Shown here: in pieces, positions 60,243-64,000 of the stretch | Layout of the letters: each line of letters opens with the position of its first letter | Position numbering within the stretch: the stretch's first letter is position 1 | Origin: an uncultured virus (IMG/VR IMGVR_UViG_2841800567_000007) | Taxonomy: Duplodnaviria > Heunggongvirae > Uroviricota > Caudoviricetes | IMG/VR virus record: IMGVR_UViG_2841800567_000007 | Reading direction: 5' to 3' (one strand) | Length of the DNA stretch: 64,000 nucleotides | Program-made: the position numbers and the translations under genes | Notes under the pieces: model-generated | The model's input: only the letters and a program-made list of their open reading frames with translations | What the model was told of the DNA's origin: nothing | The model's database searches: none

Positions 60243-60843
60243 ATTTCATTTTGTCTGCGGAGATCGTGGCGATTACTCTGTGTATTGTTTCTGAAGCCCC
60301 ACTATTGAATCAGGTGTTAATTATTTCCGGGATAGCCATCCTCGTCACTATCGGTGTCTACGGGATTGTTGACTGTATAGTCAAGATTGACGATCTTGGT
60401 CTGTGGCTCCAGCAAAAATCCTCTTATCTTGTCAAAGCCGTCGGTGGCGGACTGCTATCTGTTGCACCTTGGCTGGTACGTACCTTGTCTGTTGTGGGCA
60501 GGCTGGGGATGTTTTTAGTCGGTAGCGGAATGATTGCTCATGGTATTCCTTTGCTTCATCACGGTATGGCTCAGTTCATTGCCAATGACAGTGAGCTGAT
60601 ACGTTCATTTATGAATGACCTTTCCAGCCTGGCAACAGGCATGATCGTGGGGATGATTGTGCTATTACTGGTAAAAGTGATTGCTAAGGTGCGTGAAAAA
60701 TCAGTATAAAAGCGGCCGCGGATCCGAAGACGTTTGCCATTAAGATACCGCCTGTGCCGACAAAGTGTTATGCAGGCTGAATGAATCCGTTCAGCCTGCA
60801 TAACACTTTACACAGCATCTCAATACCACTAAGGAATGAAGCG

Positions 60844-60975
60844 ATGAAAGACGATATTTTTGAATTTGATATTGATGCCCAGCTGGCACAGGCTGAAGCG
60901 AATGCGGAAAAAAAAGCCAGTGAAGTGCCTGATACACTGAGTGATGAAGACGACTGTGAAGGGTGTAAAATCTGA
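60844..60975 (+). CDS. Small acidic protein ending CEGCKI
   Basis: 43-aa ORF with a purine-rich RBS. Confidence 0.45.
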   Translation: MKDDIFEFDIDAQLAQAEANAEKKASEVPDTLSDEDDCEGCKI

Positions 60976-61905
60976 TTGCGATAAGTCACTATCGCACCAG
61001 CGTATTTACAGGCATTTCATCGATTACCGCAATATCGCTTTTACGAGATATATGCGGTAATCGCTTCTTTTTTGAGATTTTTACATTTTATATGCTGAAA
61101 TACTGTCACCGTTAGAACTCTGATTAATGATAACGGGGTTTATGTTGCGGTTAGTTGAAATGATTTTTATAAAAAGAACCCATTTTTATTTTAGATAATT
61201 GGAGGGGCAGCCTTATTTATTGATGGTAACAGGGCTGTTTATCCTGCGATTACACTTTTTACAGACGATGTCAGTGATTTCTAATTGTTAAAACTAAACT
61301 AATCGGCAGCCTAGCTGTTTTCAGGCAAAGTGTGAAATATCATTAAACAGGGGTTTGTTAGCGGGTTTTACGGATAGAGTACAGAGAATTAATGTTCGTC
61401 TGTGATACGTTTCTTTGCACTAAATAATCTAAGTAAAGCACTTCTCTTTATTACCTTGCTGTTAGCACGTGTTCTCCCCCTGGAATAGTGTTCCGGTCTG
61501 TGTCCCAGACACGGTTTATGGCTGAAAATCCATCAGGTATTAAGCGTTCTGCAAAAATGAATATATGCACAACCAACCTTATTCTGCTATTCATCTTTAG
61601 TTATTATTTTTACAGGATAAGAAATATTTATTCTCTGATTAACTGAATAAATCAGGTTCTGCTGCTATAACTAAATTTCACCAGCCAGTATTTTCAAATC
61701 CGAAACAGGAGGTAAGGCATGATTGTGGTTAGCGAAGAGCTTCAGCTCAAAGAGGGCGATCCGACAATGATTGTTACAGGAACTGCTAGTGGTATGGTTG
61801 AATGCCGCTGGCATGATGGTTAACGTCAGACGTCTGCATAATTCTACCAGTGCACGTACTGCAGCAAGTATGGGCAAGCAACGAAAAACAAATTGAGGTT
61901 ATCAA

Positions 61906-62242
61906 ATGATGAAAACAATCTTGTCACTTTTTATTTTTCTCCCGTTTGCAGTACTGGTAAAAAAAACTGACTGCCAGTCATGGCCGCACAACATGGCTGA
62001 AGCATGGATGAAAAATGCCGGTATCGTCGATATAACTAAACTCGATTAAGCAAAAACAGAAATTAAACGCCTGGCATCTGAAAAAAAGTAAAGACTTTTA
62101 CACCCAGATTTATCACTTTGTATTTCACGATAAAAACGGTGGGCGCTATGAAGTGATTACTCAACACGATGCTTCCGACAATGAATGCTCGATGAGTGAG
62201 GTTAACAGCTTTCTCATCTCTCGCAGTGATGTGAACCACTAA
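61906..62242 (+). pseudogene. Exported protein remnant
   Basis: GAGG RBS, signal-peptide-like start, in-frame TAA and A-run frameshift. Confidence 0.55.
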
Positions 62243-63162
62243 GACACCGTATCCGTCGGTAAAATAATTATGTCAGTGCAGCACGGATAGCTTTCTCTGC
62301 CCATAGCTTTACCATCGTACTGGCTTTTACGGCAAAAAAGATAACGGACTTTTCTGTGCTACTGATGTGCGTTTTTATTGATTGGCAAATCCCACGCTGG
62401 TCAAAATCGCTTATCTGGATAAATTGATTTTATCATTTGACCGTATGGATTATCATTCTGCATGAGCCGCTTAGGGGTAAGGTTACCTTTAAGCGTCGAT
62501 ATTTTATTCGTATTGATAACATGACTCAAATAATGAGTTAACTCATGGCCTGTTTTTGTAACGGTGAAAAGAGGAAGGATAGTATGAATTTTACCTGCGG
62601 TTGAGAACAGGCTATTATAGCGATAATTTAAACCCATATGGTATAGTTCGATCGAACTGGTTGTATTTTAATTTCACTTACGGGAACGAATTTTTAATCC
62701 TGTTTGATTAATGTTGTGCGCAACGGTGAGAATTAAGGTGTTTTATATCAATAATACGGAGGGTATGTTAAAAGCCTTTGCGCTGTAGAATAAATAAAGC
62801 AACATCATAAATCAAATACTCAATCCTGTTTAATAAATGAACCGATGTGGTGGCAAAGAAAAGAGATCCAGCCAGAATAAGAATAATAAAAAAGTACAGG
62901 ATTTTCCGAAGCATGGCTTACCCTTTTCAATTATCATTTTATTTTAATATATTTCTCAACAGACAATGTCATCTCTGTTCCGGTCTGTCGTTACCTGTCG
63001 TTGCTCACATCGATCAGAGCTGCTCGGGTGTTGACAGAGTATACGCATATTTTGCCGCTTTGTGCTGTTGGTCATTATCATTGAATTTTGTCAGGACACG
63101 CCTCTATGCAACCAGCCAGTTTCAACGGCTTCACATTAAGTTCACCAAATGGAGGAGATGTC

Positions 63163-63649
63163 ATGAGTCAGATCGTTGCGCTGTTGAAATTTGAAGAGGA
63201 CTATCGTGATATGCCATTTATCGATACGCAAGGGCATCCCACGGTGGGATGTGGGATCAAAATTGACCCGAAAGGTGCCTCGTTAGCCATCTATATCTTT
63301 AAAGTACCGGGCGTGGTGGGGGATCTTTGGATGCAAGCGCTGGTCATGAGTAAAATCTATGACATGAAGCAGAAGCTTCAACTGGCAGAGGTGCTGAATA
63401 AATGCAACCTGCCTCGTGCGGACATCCTTTACAGCATGGCTTATCATCATTGGAATTGAAGGGCTTATTGCATTCCGACAGATGCTGGACGCTATCAGCG
63501 GCGCAGATTTTTCAGTAGCTTCAGACAATATACTTAACAGTCTGTGGGCAAAGCAGACTCCTGAAAGAGCGAAACGCCATGCCGAGGTGATGCGCACCGG
63601 AAACCGGGATACTTATCGGGGGTTATTATCATTTTTTATCTCTGCGTAA
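63163..63649 (+). pseudogene. T4-type (GH24-like) lysozyme, frameshifted
   Basis: FEE..R...D..G.PTVG.G, then SLWAKQTPERAKR in another frame. Confidence 0.8.
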
Positions 63650-63719
63650 TTGTTATCGTCATTTTGCGACTCATACTTAGCCGACGGTACAGCTCACTCG
63701 AATTTGTGCATCACGTAAA

Positions 63720-63929
63720 TTGGGACCGGCTCCCGGTGCCTGGGTTCAGTTATTTCCTGATTCAGCAATGTGCGCCTGGCAGCAGTTTCCCTCCGATGTG
63801 AAAGCGATTATTCCGCAAAATTGCCTTGGAATGATCGGTGCATTTATGGTGGCTATGGCGGTTATCGCACAGTTTGTCCGGCAGCCAGCACTCGCCGGGC
63901 AGCGACATAAACTGGAGCAGGAAACCTGA
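63720..63929 (+). pseudogene. Holin-like membrane protein remnant
   Basis: Hydrophobic, ends AQFVRQP.L; follows the lysozyme. Confidence 0.45.
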
Positions 63930-64000
63930 TTCTGTTTATCCGTCATCAGAACGCAATCCGGCTCTGTACGCCGGATCGTATTCCGGTTGCTGCGTTGCGC

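Larger units (their letters stand above)
57027..60709 (+). pseudogene. yedI: YedI/DUF808 inner-membrane protein, frameshifted and split by IS256
   Basis: [13 protein letters not shown]...RELPVVW; VRTDFI|LSAEIVAI rejoins across the IS. Confidence 0.88.

Noticed and set aside
60980..63160. Short ORFs in the AT-rich region (61671-61877, 62401-62637, 62847-63194)
   Set aside because: No motifs or convincing RBS; likely decayed or intergenic DNA
1..64000. Retron, DGR or CRISPR-Cas system
   Set aside because: No reverse transcriptase or cas-like ORF recognised in the ORF track

Overview
Enterobacterial chromosome segment with clear signs of genome decay. Positions 1-~20944 hold defective lambdoid prophage 1 (SfV/e14-like): int-xis, exonuclease, yfdPQ, ymfIJ, cI/cro/ymfL, Rha antirepressors, O/P replication genes, three DNA methyltransferases, Q, holin-endolysin-Rz/Rz1, then an unusual late cassette of two glycosyltransferase-like genes and a SAM methyltransferase. 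An IS481-family element (20945-22145) with no target duplication joins it to defective prophage 2 (22146-~44295). Prophage 2 is P22/lambda-like: truncated int, xis, erf, cIII, N, morons including a frameshifted Panacea antitoxin pair and a two-gene rex-position cassette, cI/cro/cII, O/P, nin genes, Q, a nonsense-mutated holin and a GH19 endolysin. No terminase, capsid or major tail genes are seen. Next come a 610-bp internally deleted IS481, an intact type III restriction-modification locus and a P4-type integrase at tRNA-Asn. The rest is host backbone (queH, dcm, vsr, yedI split by an IS256 carrying a nested IS91) plus several pseudogenes. All functional calls come from motif and family recognition by eye; no database searches were run.
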